Assembly (NCBI GenBank): GCA_021828085.1
Contig: JAKATE010000001.1
Location: 1-47,242, forward strand
Direction: 5' to 3'
Origin: Thermoplasmata archaeon
GTDB lineage: Archaea; Thermoplasmatota; Thermoplasmata; Lutacidiplasmatales; UBA184
Length of the DNA: 47,242 nt
Under the pieces are notes generated by a model, which did no database searches, was not told the DNA's origin, and saw only the letters and a list, made by a program, of their open reading frames with translations. How positions within the stretch are numbered: the stretch's first letter is position 1; each line of letters opens with the position of its first letter. Of this stretch, positions 18,759 to 27,616 are shown piece by piece. The position numbers and the translations under genes are program-made.

Positions 18759-19388
18759 TCAGACCACGGTGATGGTGCCGGTCATGTACCCCGGGACCCC
18801 CATGGGGGGAGCCGTGGGCGAAGCCCCGCCGCACGGGGCCACGCACATCCAGGTGAACGAGCCGGTCTCGTTGAAGTAGGCGCTGAAGGTGACCACGGTC
18901 TCGGCCGGGCTCAGCACGTTGATCCCCAGGCTCGGGACGTCGAAGGTGTGGGCGACGTTCGTGTTGCTCACGAGAGCGGTCGGGGTGCCGTTGATGAGCT
19001 CCACCCCTCCGAGGGTCCCGCTCACGTTGCATTGGCAGCCGGGGAAGGCCATCGGAACGTCATCGTCCACGATGGTGATGGTCACCTCTCCCTTGCCCAC
19101 CGAGAAGTTGGCGGGGGTGTACTGGGGCCAGCCGGTGATGGGGTTGATGGCGATGGTCAGGACGACGTGCGACGGACCGGCGGTCTCCGAAGGGGTGGCC
19201 GCCGGGGCCGGTGCGAGCGCACTGCCGAAGGCGAGGAAGCCCCCCCCGGCGACCACCAGCCCGAGGACCAGACCGAGGGCCAGGAAACGGGTCTTCGTGC
19301 GCGTGGGTGGGTAGATCACCTGGTAGATCGGGTCGGCCGGCGCGGACGCAGGAGGAGGGGAGGCCTCCGCTTTCGCTGACATGGGCAT
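18759..19388 (-). CDS. membrane-anchored cupredoxin-like protein
   Basis: N-terminal anchor helix [20 protein letters not shown] followed by a beta-rich domain ending HTFDVP...(34 residues)...CVAPCGG...[17 protein letters not shown] box on the - strand (19412-19417) lies 24-29 nt upstream of ATG 19388. Confidence 0.55.
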   Translation of the reverse strand: MPMSAKAEASPPPASAPADPIYQVIYPPTRTKTRFLALGLVLGLVVAGGGFLAFGSALAPAPAATPSETAGPSHVVLTIAINPITGWPQYTPANFSVGKGEVTITIVDDDVPMAFPGCQCNVSGTLGGVELINGTPTALVSNTNVAHTFDVPSLGINVLSPAETVVTFSAYFNETGSFTWMCVAPCGGASPTAPPMGVPGYMTGTITVV

Positions 19389-19529
19389 CGGCCCCTATCT
19401 TGGGCCGGGGCCTTATCCCCCATTCGTGAAGCGGAGTTGACTTCCCTTCCGGAGGCTGTTCGAGGGGGACCGGGAAGATGCTCCCTCCCCTCCCGTTCCC
19501 CGATCCCCACAGTGCCCCTTCCGGGGGAG

Positions 19530-19535
19530 TTAATA
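19530..19535 (+). promoter_or_regulatory. TATA-like box for purE
   Basis: TTAATA, 25-30 nt upstream of ATG 19560. Confidence 0.45.
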
Positions 19536-19559
19536 CCCCCCTCCCCCTCCACGTCGTGC

Positions 19560-20033
19560 ATGCCGCTCGTGAGCGTGGTGATGGGGAGCAAGAGCGACTC
19601 CGACTGCATGTCGAAGGCCATGGAGCTGCTCCGGCAGTTCGAGGTGGACTTCGAAGCTCAGGTGCTCTCCGCGCACCGGACGCCGGAGCGGATGTTCGAG
19701 TTCGCGAAGAGCGCGAAGGACCGGGGCGTCGAAGTGATCATCGCGGGCGCGGGAGGGGCGGCCCACCTCCCCGGTATGATCGCCTCCCTCACGCCCCTGC
19801 CGGTCATCGGGGTGCCGGTGCCCTCCCGGCACCTCTCGGGCCTGGACTCGCTGCTCTCCATCGTGCAGATGCCCTTGGGGGTCCCCGTGGCCTCCGTGGC
19901 CATCGGAAACTCGGGGAACGCCGCCCTTCTGGCGGTCCGGATCCTCGGCCTCCGTCACCCGGACCTCGCCCAGAGGATGGTCCGATACATGGCCGAGCAG
20001 ACGGAACGCACCCTCCAGGAGACCCTTCCCTGA
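19560..20033 (+). CDS. purE: N5-carboxyaminoimidazole ribonucleotide mutase
   Basis: [44 protein letters not shown]. Confidence 0.9.
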   Translation: MPLVSVVMGSKSDSDCMSKAMELLRQFEVDFEAQVLSAHRTPERMFEFAKSAKDRGVEVIIAGAGGAAHLPGMIASLTPLPVIGVPVPSRHLSGLDSLLSIVQMPLGVPVASVAIGNSGNAALLAVRILGLRHPDLAQRMVRYMAEQTERTLQETLP

Positions 20034-20110
20034 CCCATGGAGCCCCGCCGGCGCTCCTTCGGACCGCTCCTCCACCGGCCCCCGGTCTCCCGCAGGGCGG
20101 TCGCCTTGCC

Positions 20111-21199
20111 ATGAACGTCGGGATCGTCGGTACCGGCCAGCTCGGCTGGATGATGATCAACGAGGGACGCCGGCTCCCTCATCGCTACTTCGTGCTCGGC
20201 GAGCCCGGGGGCCCGGCTTCCCGGGTCGCCGATGGGGCGTTCGCCCCCGAGGCGTACCGCCGCTTCGTCGACAAGTGTGACGTGGTGACCCCGGAGTTCG
20301 AGCACACGGACCTTCGGACGCTCCGCTACGCCAGCCGGCAGGGGAAGCTCGTCCCCCCGATGGGGGCGCTCACGCTCAAGCTGGACCGGGGGCAGGAGAA
20401 GACCTTCCTGCGCGACCGGGGGTTTCCCCTGGGAGAGTTCCATCTGGCACGCTCCCCGGAGGAGGCGCGGAGGCTCGCGAGGAACCTGGGACGCGCCGTC
20501 GTGAAGGCCTCCCGAGGGGGCTACGACGGGAAGGGGCAGTACTACCTCGGGGGCCCTCGGCCCTCGCCCGAGGAGAAGCTCCCCGCCGGCGAGTTCGTGG
20601 TGGAGGAGTACATCGACTTCGACGCCGAGGCCTCCCTCCTCGGCTCCCGGGACCGCGAGGGAAGGAAGCTCTTCCACTCCCCGTCCTTCAACGTCAACCG
20701 GGCGGGGATCCTCCTCTCCAACGAGGCCCCCTGCGAGGATCTCGGGATGCGGCGAATCGTCTCCCGCCTGCTCGACGAGCTCGATTATGTGGGCGTGCTG
20801 GCCGTGGAGTTCTTCCTGGTCGGGGGCCGGGCCCTGGTGAACGAGTTCGCCCCGCGGGTCCACAACTCCGGCCACCACACCCTGCACGGCTCGTCGATCT
20901 CACAGTTCGAGCATCACCTTCGGATCGCCACCGGTCTCCCGGTCCCTGCGCCGGTGCTCTTCCGACCCAGCGGGATCGTGAACGCCGTGGGCCGGGAGCT
21001 GGAGGGGAAGCTCCCGGCGGAGCTGCTCTCCCTCCCCGAGACCCACACCTACTCCTACGGCAAGGCCGAGGTCCGCCGCCGACGGAAGATGGGGCACGTC
21101 AACCTCACGGCCCCCAGCCGGAAGGTCCTCCGGGAAAGGACGCGCCGGGTGGTCCGGATCCTCTACGGGAAGGACCCCTCACGCTTCTTCGGGGCCTGA
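20111..21199 (+). CDS. purK: N5-carboxyaminoimidazole ribonucleotide synthase (ATP-grasp)
   Basis: MNVGIVGTGQLGWMM, VVKASRGGYDGKGQY, NEFAPRVHNSGHHT, RKMGHVNL. Lies directly after purE. Confidence 0.85.
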   Translation: MNVGIVGTGQLGWMMINEGRRLPHRYFVLGEPGGPASRVADGAFAPEAYRRFVDKCDVVTPEFEHTDLRTLRYASRQGKLVPPMGALTLKLDRGQEKTFLRDRGFPLGEFHLARSPEEARRLARNLGRAVVKASRGGYDGKGQYYLGGPRPSPEEKLPAGEFVVEEYIDFDAEASLLGSRDREGRKLFHSPSFNVNRAGILLSNEAPCEDLGMRRIVSRLLDELDYVGVLAVEFFLVGGRALVNEFAPRVHNSGHHTLHGSSISQFEHHLRIATGLPVPAPVLFRPSGIVNAVGRELEGKLPAELLSLPETHTYSYGKAEVRRRRKMGHVNLTAPSRKVLRERTRRVVRILYGKDPSRFFGA

Positions 21200-22344
21200 G
21201 GACGCGCCCTCCCCGCCCGGGTCCGGCGCCCCCTACCGGGAGGGAGCACCACCCGTCGTCCCTCCGACGCGCGGAGGAGCCGGTCCATCACGGCGAGCCC
21301 CAGTCCCCGCGAGGGGAAGCCCTCCACCAGCATCTCCGGGAACCCCCGGGCGTCGGCCTCTCGGATCGCCGAGAAGAGCCGGCGGGCGACGGCGGAAGGG
21401 CGGCGCCGCGAGCCCAAGACCCAGACATCCCTTCCCCGCAGGGGGGATTCCTGGCTCACCAGCAGGGCCGAGCCGACCCCCGCCCTCGCGAGCTCATCCT
21501 GCCGGGTGCGAAGGGCTTGCCAGACCTGGCGGGGGGGGCCGACGTAGACGGTCATGCGGGCGCGCGGAGCGTAGTGCCGGTGCCGTAGGCCGGGGGATCG
21601 GGGCGGGGAGGACCCGGCCCGGCGCGAGGGCGAAGGGGCTCTGACCGAGGGGACGGTCCGACGGATCCGCTCCAGGGAGAGCCCCCCCGGCCGGAGCACC
21701 ACGGGGGGGCGCGCGGTCACGTCCACTACCGTCGACTCGACGCCGAGGGGCGAATCCCCGCCCAGGAGCAGGACCTCCACCCTCCCGGTGAGCTCCTCCA
21801 CGAGGTGCGAGGGGGACGTGAGGCTCGGTCGGCCGGAAAGATTGGCGCTGGGGGCGGCGATGGGGACCCCGGCGGCGGCGATGAGGCGGCGGGCGACCGG
21901 GTGGCCGGGCACGCGGACCGCCACCGTCCCCAGACCGGCCGTCGTCACCGACGGGACGCGGGGGTGCTTGGGGAGGACCAGCGTCAGCGGTCCCGGCCAG
22001 AAGCGGGCCGCGAGGCGCTCGGCCACGGCCGGCCAACGGCGCGCGACGCGGGGCAGCTCCCGGGACGAGGAGAGATGGACGATGAGCGGGTTGTCGGAGG
22101 GCCTTCCCTTCACCCGGAAGATCCCCTCAACGGCCTCCGCCGAGAGGGCGTTGGCCCCGAGGCCGTAGACCGTCTCGGTGGGGAAGACGACCAGACCGCC
22201 GCCCTGGAGGACGGAGGCCGCCTCGGCGATCTTCGCCCGGTCCCCTTTCCCTCCCGTGAGGCGGAGGATCCGGGTCCGGATCGGTGGGCGAGGGCGCGCA
22301 CCGCTTCCCGTTCCGGAGGAGCCTGGCGCCTCCCCGGGGGTCAC
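21163..22344 (-). CDS. sua5: L-threonylcarbamoyladenylate synthase (Sua5/YrdC)
   Basis: VFPTETVYGLGANA, KGRPSDNPLIVH, WPGPLTLVLP, IAAPSANLSGRPS, plus a C-terminal Sua5 domain. GTG 22344 overlaps the icd stop (GTGA). The 3' end overlaps purK convergently by 37 nt. Confidence 0.8.
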   Translation of the reverse strand: MTPGEAPGSSGTGSGARPRPPIRTRILRLTGGKGDRAKIAEAASVLQGGGLVVFPTETVYGLGANALSAEAVEGIFRVKGRPSDNPLIVHLSSSRELPRVARRWPAVAERLAARFWPGPLTLVLPKHPRVPSVTTAGLGTVAVRVPGHPVARRLIAAAGVPIAAPSANLSGRPSLTSPSHLVEELTGRVEVLLLGGDSPLGVESTVVDVTARPPVVLRPGGLSLERIRRTVPSVRAPSPSRRAGSSPPRSPGLRHRHYAPRARMTVYVGPPRQVWQALRTRQDELARAGVGSALLVSQESPLRGRDVWVLGSRRRPSAVARRLFSAIREADARGFPEMLVEGFPSRGLGLAVMDRLLRASEGRRVVLPPGRGRRTRAGRARPQAPKKREGSFP

Positions 22345-23810
22345 TGACCCTGGCCCAGCGAGAATCCCGGCTTCCCGTCGAAGGTGAAGAGCCCCTCCGT
22401 CTTGATGGGCGGCACCCCGCCTCCCACCAGGCGGGAGAGGAGAGCGACGACCTGCTCCGGGGTGACCGGCCCCTCCCCCTGGGCGCTCTGGAAACGGCAT
22501 CGCCAGTGGTCCACGCAGAGCGTCTCGGGAACCCCCTCCGGGTACACCTTCGTCCCGCGGTTGGTGATCATCACGAGCCTAAGGTCCGGGGCCGCCAGCC
22601 GCTCGAGCATCTGGCCGAGGTCCTTGGGCGCGCCGAGCCACTCCACGAAGACGTCGGTCCCCACCAGCTCCTTGTGCGGCCGCGCCCGGGGCTTCACGGT
22701 GACGGTGATGGGGCGACCGTGGGCCGGGTAGTGGACGGCCTTGAGGACCTTCGGCTCCTTCCCCAGCCGCTCGATCACGGCCGTGGCGAACTCGCGGGTC
22801 CCGACCTTCTCCTTCGAGACGGAGGGGTTGAAGATGTCGTAGGTGTGGACCCCGTCCTCGAGGGTCGCCAGCCAGGCGTTGTGCACCCGGGTGGCGACCT
22901 CCCCCTGGCCGATGTGCACCAGCATCTGCACCCCGGCCAGCAGGAGGCCCGAGGGATTCGCCTCGTTCTTCCCCGCCCGCCGCGGGGCCGATCCGTGGAT
23001 CGCCTCGAACATGGCCACCTCGCTACCGATGTTGGCGCTGCCGGCGATCCCCACCGAGCCCGCGACCTGGGCGGCCACATCGGAGAGGATGTCCCCGTAC
23101 AGGTTCGGCATCACGATCACGTCGAACTGCTCCGGGGCGGTGGCCAGCTTCGCCGCCCCGATGTCCACGATCCAGTGCTCGTTCTGGATCTCCGGGTACT
23201 CGGCCGCCACCTCGTCGAAGACGTGGTGGAAGAGGCCGTCGGTGATCTTCATGATGTTGTCCTTGGTGAAGCAGGTCACCTTCCGCCGCCCGTACTGGCG
23301 GGCGTACTCGAAGGCGTAGCGGACGATCCGCTCGCTCCCTGGCCGGGAGATGAGCTTGAGGCACTGGGTCACCTCGTCGGTCTGGCGGTGCTCGATCCCC
23401 CCGTAGAGGTCCTCCTCGTTCTCCCGGACGATCACCACGTCCATGCCCGGGTACTTCGTGGCCACGAAAGGGGCGTACGACTGGCAGGGGCGCACGTTGG
23501 CGAAGAGCCCCAGCGACTTGCGGACGGTGACGTTGAGGCTCTTGAAACCGCCCCCTTCCGGTGTGGTGATGGGCGCCTTCAGGAAGACCTTGGTCCGGCG
23601 GAGGGACTCCCAGGAGGCCGGCTCGATCCCGGCGGAGATCCCCCTCTCATACACGGCACGGCCAATCTGGATGGTCTCGGGCGCGAGCTGGGCGCCCGCC
23701 GCGTCCAGGACGCGCAGGGTCGCCTCCATGATCTCCGGGCCGATCCCATCCCCGTAGGCCACCGTGATGGGCACCTTCCCGCGACCCGCCCCGCCGCTCG
23801 TCTCGGTCAT
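22341..23810 (-). CDS. icd: NADP-isocitrate dehydrogenase (long form with C-terminal extra domain)
   Basis: GDGIGPEIM, VIVRENEEDLYGGIEH, MPNLYGDILSD, HGSAPRRAG. About 100 extra C-terminal aa, as I recall for the Thermus-type enzyme. Confidence 0.85.
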   Translation of the reverse strand: MTETSGGAGRGKVPITVAYGDGIGPEIMEATLRVLDAAGAQLAPETIQIGRAVYERGISAGIEPASWESLRRTKVFLKAPITTPEGGGFKSLNVTVRKSLGLFANVRPCQSYAPFVATKYPGMDVVIVRENEEDLYGGIEHRQTDEVTQCLKLISRPGSERIVRYAFEYARQYGRRKVTCFTKDNIMKITDGLFHHVFDEVAAEYPEIQNEHWIVDIGAAKLATAPEQFDVIVMPNLYGDILSDVAAQVAGSVGIAGSANIGSEVAMFEAIHGSAPRRAGKNEANPSGLLLAGVQMLVHIGQGEVATRVHNAWLATLEDGVHTYDIFNPSVSKEKVGTREFATAVIERLGKEPKVLKAVHYPAHGRPITVTVKPRARPHKELVGTDVFVEWLGAPKDLGQMLERLAAPDLRLVMITNRGTKVYPEGVPETLCVDHWRCRFQSAQGEGPVTPEQVVALLSRLVGGGVPPIKTEGLFTFDGKPGFSLGQGQ

Positions 23811-23831
23811 GGGGGGGCCTACGCGTGGCCC

Positions 23832-23848
23832 AATATAGCTTAATCAAA
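23832..23848. promoter_or_regulatory. AT-rich TATA-like element upstream of icd (possibly bidirectional)
   Basis: AATATAGCTTAATCAAA. On the - strand CTATATT lies 23-29 nt upstream of ATG 23810. Confidence 0.45.
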
Positions 23849-23997
23849 GGCTGTTTGAGGGATGGGTCCCCCGACACCGGAGAGAGGCGGGCGCCCACGG
23901 GCCCGCGGGGCGGAGCGCGGACCCTTCTCCGCGCAGGACCGATCCGGCGACTCCGGTCGGGTCCCAGCCCTGTGGGGGCCGACGGCACCATCGCTAA

Positions 23998-24534
23998 ATG
24001 CCCCGGGAACCGCTTCTCCCCTCGATGGGGAGGAGGGTTCGGAGGGGGTCCCGGGGGAAGGGCAAGGCCACCCCTACCGCGGACCCGCGCCTCGCCGGAC
24101 GGCAGGAGCTCAGCGTCCGGTTGGGGGTCCTGCGCCCGAGCCCGGAGCGGACCACCTGGGGGATGCTCTACCTTTCGAGGCCGGGGGAACGGCGGGACCC
24201 GATCCCTCTCTGGTTCCTCGCCCGCCTCCCCTCCCGCTTCCAAGGGCTCCGCCGGCGGGGAGAGCGGCTCCCCCCCGACCGACGGTCGCTCCCGGGGTGG
24301 GCGCGGGAAGTGGTCTTCCCGGAGCTGAACGTGGAGGAGAGCGACCTCGGGAGCGTCCTCGAGGCGCGCTGCCGGGTCCCCCAGGGGGTCCGGCTCGAGC
24401 TCCGCTCCACGGGCCCGGCCCCCCCCGGGGGACGCCCCCTCCACCGGCGTTGGCGACTCGCGCTGGACCGCGGAGAGGGGACATGGGAGGCAGGAGTCCC
24501 CCCCGCCAGCCTCTGGGTCCGGGTGGAGCGATAG
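23998..24534 (+). CDS. hypothetical Arg-rich protein (weak call; alternative start ATG 24163)
   Basis: Best-looking of several overlapping ORFs in a 767-bp gap. Third positions are mostly G/C and it contains F/W/L/E/V (IPLWFLARLPSRF, EVVFPELNVEESDLGSVLEARC). No motif recognised. Confidence 0.3.
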   Translation: MPREPLLPSMGRRVRRGSRGKGKATPTADPRLAGRQELSVRLGVLRPSPERTTWGMLYLSRPGERRDPIPLWFLARLPSRFQGLRRRGERLPPDRRSLPGWAREVVFPELNVEESDLGSVLEARCRVPQGVRLELRSTGPAPPGGRPLHRRWRLALDRGEGTWEAGVPPASLWVRVER

Positions 24535-24577
24535 GCCGATATCCCCTCGATGCGCTGGGAGCCGGGGTCGACGGACC

Positions 24578-25339
24578 ATGTCCTCACCGAACTCGCTGTC
24601 CAGCCCGAACTACTTCCGGCCCTATCTCGGGGTCATCTACGACCTCGACGGCACGCTGCTCCAGAGCCCCCAGGACTACCCCGCCATGCGGCGGATGGTC
24701 ATCGACCTCGCCCACCGGGCCGGCCTGCCGCCCGGTGAGCTCAACGTCCACATGACCATCCCGCACCTCCTTGGCTTCACCCGGGACCGGATGCAACAGC
24801 TGGGGCTCCCCCCGGGGATGTACCTCCGCTTCGAGGCGGAGGTGAACCGCCGGCTCGACGCCCTCGAGCTCGAGGCGCTCCCGGGCGTCCGGAGCTCGCC
24901 CGACGCCCTCGAGCATCTCACACGCATGCACGCGAGCGGCTACCGGCTCGGGGTGCTCACGCGGAGCTCCGAGGCGTTCGCCCGCCAGGCGCTCCACCAG
25001 ACGGGCATGCTCCCCCTCCTCGACCGGCTCCGCACCCGCAGCGACTCCGGTCCGATAAAGCCGGACCCGGAGAGCCTCCGGGTGCTCCTCGCCGACCTGG
25101 GGGTCCCCCGGGACCGGGCGGTCTTCGTCGGCGACATGCCCGCGGACCTCGAGTGCGCGAGCGGGGCCGCCGTGGACTTCGTCGCGCTCGTGCTCGAGGG
25201 GCCGAACGCGGCGGCCCGCGAGGAGGAGATGCGACGCAAGGGCGCGCGCCGGCTCTCGCACTCCTTCCGCGAGCTCCACCGGGAGCTCACGGGGGCGGCG
25301 ATGGACCCGGCCCATCCGGGGGCGAGCCCCCCTCGCTGA
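24578..25339 (+). CDS. HAD-superfamily hydrolase (phosphoglycolate phosphatase-like)
   Basis: VIYDLDGTLLQS (DxDxT), GVLTRS, KPDP, FVGDMPADLE. Confidence 0.85.
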   Translation: MSSPNSLSSPNYFRPYLGVIYDLDGTLLQSPQDYPAMRRMVIDLAHRAGLPPGELNVHMTIPHLLGFTRDRMQQLGLPPGMYLRFEAEVNRRLDALELEALPGVRSSPDALEHLTRMHASGYRLGVLTRSSEAFARQALHQTGMLPLLDRLRTRSDSGPIKPDPESLRVLLADLGVPRDRAVFVGDMPADLECASGAAVDFVALVLEGPNAAAREEEMRRKGARRLSHSFRELHRELTGAAMDPAHPGASPPR

Positions 25340-26330
25340 GGTAGAAACCCCAGGCGTGGATGACCGCCCGCTCGGCGCTGGCCCAGGCCTCGGGGATCTG
25401 CTTCCAGCCGTCCCGCTGGTCCCCCGCCACGTAGAGCCCGGGAAGGATCGAACCGTCCGACGCGGAGCGTACCCGCCCGTCCTCGTCGGAGTCCACGTAG
25501 CCGTCGGGGGTGATGCGCGCGCCCAGCTGACGGGCGATCTCGGCGTGCGTGGAGTACCAGGGGAGCGCGCTGAAGCCCTTGTCGAAGATCTCGTGGTGAC
25601 CGTCCTCGAATAGGACGCCCAGGCGCTTGTCCTTGATTCCGTCGAAGCCGACGATGGCCGACTCCCGGACCGGGATGTGGTGGCGCTCGAGCTCGAGGAG
25701 GAGCTCCTCGCGCTCGGCGGTGGGGCTCTCGGCGAGGAGGGGGTGGCCGTGGGTCAGCAGGGTCACCGAGCTCGGGCCCCAGTGCCCGAGGTCCACGGCG
25801 GTGCGTACCGCGAGCGGCTCCCAGCCGATGACCGCGATGGAGCGCCCGGGCAGGGTGTGGCCATCGCAGATCATGCAGAAGTCGACGATCCCGAAGTTCG
25901 CCCACGGGAAGATGGCGTCAATTTTGCCCCCCACCTCGGGAATGCGGTCCACGACCCCGAGGGCGAGCAGGAGCACGCGGCTCCTCACCGAATAGCGGGC
26001 CTTCAGCCGCTCGAAACGGGTGACGAAATGCGCCCCCTCCCGGTGGACGGACTCCAGGTTCACGGGCGTGAGATAGTCGGTGAACCGGGCCATCCGGCGG
26101 ACCTGGGCGATCTGCAGGTCGAGCAGCTTGTGCCCGGAGATCCCATCGGGGAAGCCGGGGATGTTGTCCATGGCGGGGGCGTAGTACGACCGGCTGTACT
26201 TCGGCCCGCGGTCCAGCAGGAGCGCGGTATGGTTGAGCAGCCCCGCCTTGAGCCCTGCCTGCAGCCCGGCGTGGCCCGCGCCGAGGATGACGAAATCGTA
26301 CTCGGCCTTGGGGCGGAGGAAGCCGGCCAT
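25287..26330 (-). CDS. thioredoxin-reductase-like FAD/NAD(P) oxidoreductase
   Basis: YDFVILGAGHAGLQAG (GxGxxG), CMICDGH (TrxR-type CxxCDG), IAVIGW, LYVAGDQ. Start is ATG 26330. The 3' end overlaps the HAD gene convergently by 53 nt. Confidence 0.75.
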   Translation of the reverse strand: MAGFLRPKAEYDFVILGAGHAGLQAGLKAGLLNHTALLLDRGPKYSRSYYAPAMDNIPGFPDGISGHKLLDLQIAQVRRMARFTDYLTPVNLESVHREGAHFVTRFERLKARYSVRSRVLLLALGVVDRIPEVGGKIDAIFPWANFGIVDFCMICDGHTLPGRSIAVIGWEPLAVRTAVDLGHWGPSSVTLLTHGHPLLAESPTAEREELLLELERHHIPVRESAIVGFDGIKDKRLGVLFEDGHHEIFDKGFSALPWYSTHAEIARQLGARITPDGYVDSDEDGRVRSASDGSILPGLYVAGDQRDGWKQIPEAWASAERAVIHAWGFYLSEGGSPPDGPGPSPPP

Positions 26331-26506
26331 GGGACCGCGCCGAGGGCCGGAGCGTACTTGAGCGTCCTCGTTGCGGCGCTCCCGTCCCCCGCGAGGTCTC
26401 CGTGGGCAAGCCTTAAGCGCAGGCCGAAAGTGCCGAGACCCCGGGTTAGCCACTGACGCCGGGCGGGGCTCGCCGGCACACGCCCACGTACGACCGCCCC
26501 GGATGC

Positions 26507-27616
26507 TTGCTTCTCGAGGACGGCACCTATTTCGAGGGGGGCGGGGCCGGGGCCTCCGGCCGCGTGGTCGGGGAGGTGGTCTTCACCACCGGGATGGTCG
26601 GCTACCCCCAGGCCCTCACCGACCCGTCCTTCCGCGGGCAGATCCTCACCTTCACCTATCCGCTCCTGGGCAACTACGGGGTTCCCGACCCCGCGGGGCG
26701 GGACCGCTGGGGGCTCCCCTATCCCTTCGAGTCCGGCTCCCTCCAGGTTCGGGCGGCCATCCTGGAGAGCCTGACCCCGCCCCATCACTTCGCCTCGCGG
26801 CTCTCCCTCCCCGAGTGGGCCGAGCGCGCCCATGTCCCCCTGCTCCATTCCGTGGACACCCGCGAGCTCACCTCCCATCTGAGGACCCGCGGCGTGCTCC
26901 GGGGCGTCGTGGCCGTGGGGGACCCGCTCCCGCCCCGCCGGGAGCTCCTGCGCGAGCTCGAGCGGGCCCCGCGCTACGAGGAGGAGGACCTGGTCCGGCA
27001 GGTGAGCCCGAAGGCCCCCGAGCGGACACGCTCGGGCCGCCCAGACGCGCCCCTCGTCGCCGTCACCGACTGCGGCTGCAAGGCCAGCATCCTCCGCTCG
27101 CTGCTCTCGCGCGGGCTCGACGTGGTCCGCCTCCCCTCCTCCGAGGGGATCCCGGAACGCTTCGAGGGCCAGCGGGTCGTCGGGGCGCTCGTGGGCAACG
27201 GCCCCGGGGACCCGGCCACGCTCACCCCCGTGGTCGAAGGGGTGCGCGACTGGCTCAAGCGCGGAAAGCCCACGCTCGGGATCTGCCTCGGCCAGCAGCT
27301 GATCGCCGAGGCGAAGGGAGCGCGGACCTTCAAGCTCAAGTTCGGGCACCGGGGACAGAACAAGCCGGTGGTCTTCCCGGACGGCCGGGCCTACATCCTC
27401 TCCGAGAACCACGGTTACGCGGTGCTCCCGCGCTCGCTGCGCGGGACCGGGCTGCGGCCCTGGGCGTACAACCCGGACGACGGGACCCTCGAGGGGATGC
27501 GGGACGCCTCGGGCCGGCTGATCAGCCTCCAGGGCCATCCGGAGGGCGCCCCGGGTCCGGGCGAGGCGGGGTTCGTCTTCGACCTCTTTGCGGCGAAGCT
27601 GAAGAGGAGGCATTGA
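26507..27616 (+). CDS. carA: carbamoyl-phosphate synthase small (glutaminase) subunit
   Basis: LLEDGTYFEG, VFTTGMVGYPQALTDPSFRGQIL, GICLGQQL (catalytic Cys), QGHPE. TTG start at 26507. Confidence 0.9.
   Translation: MLLEDGTYFEGGGAGASGRVVGEVVFTTGMVGYPQALTDPSFRGQILTFTYPLLGNYGVPDPAGRDRWGLPYPFESGSLQVRAAILESLTPPHHFASRLSLPEWAERAHVPLLHSVDTRELTSHLRTRGVLRGVVAVGDPLPPRRELLRELERAPRYEEEDLVRQVSPKAPERTRSGRPDAPLVAVTDCGCKASILRSLLSRGLDVVRLPSSEGIPERFEGQRVVGALVGNGPGDPATLTPVVEGVRDWLKRGKPTLGICLGQQLIAEAKGARTFKLKFGHRGQNKPVVFPDGRAYILSENHGYAVLPRSLRGTGLRPWAYNPDDGTLEGMRDASGRLISLQGHPEGAPGPGEAGFVFDLFAAKLKRRH

Noticed and set aside
22284-23843. 519-aa ORF antisense to icd
   Set aside because: Shadow composition. The - strand frame has IDH/IPMDH motifs.
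23862-24755. 297-aa ORF starting about 25 nt after the AT-rich box at 23832-23848
   Set aside because: Despite the tempting leaderless geometry, the translation is almost pure P/R/G/A. It also runs through the well-supported HAD gene start in another frame.
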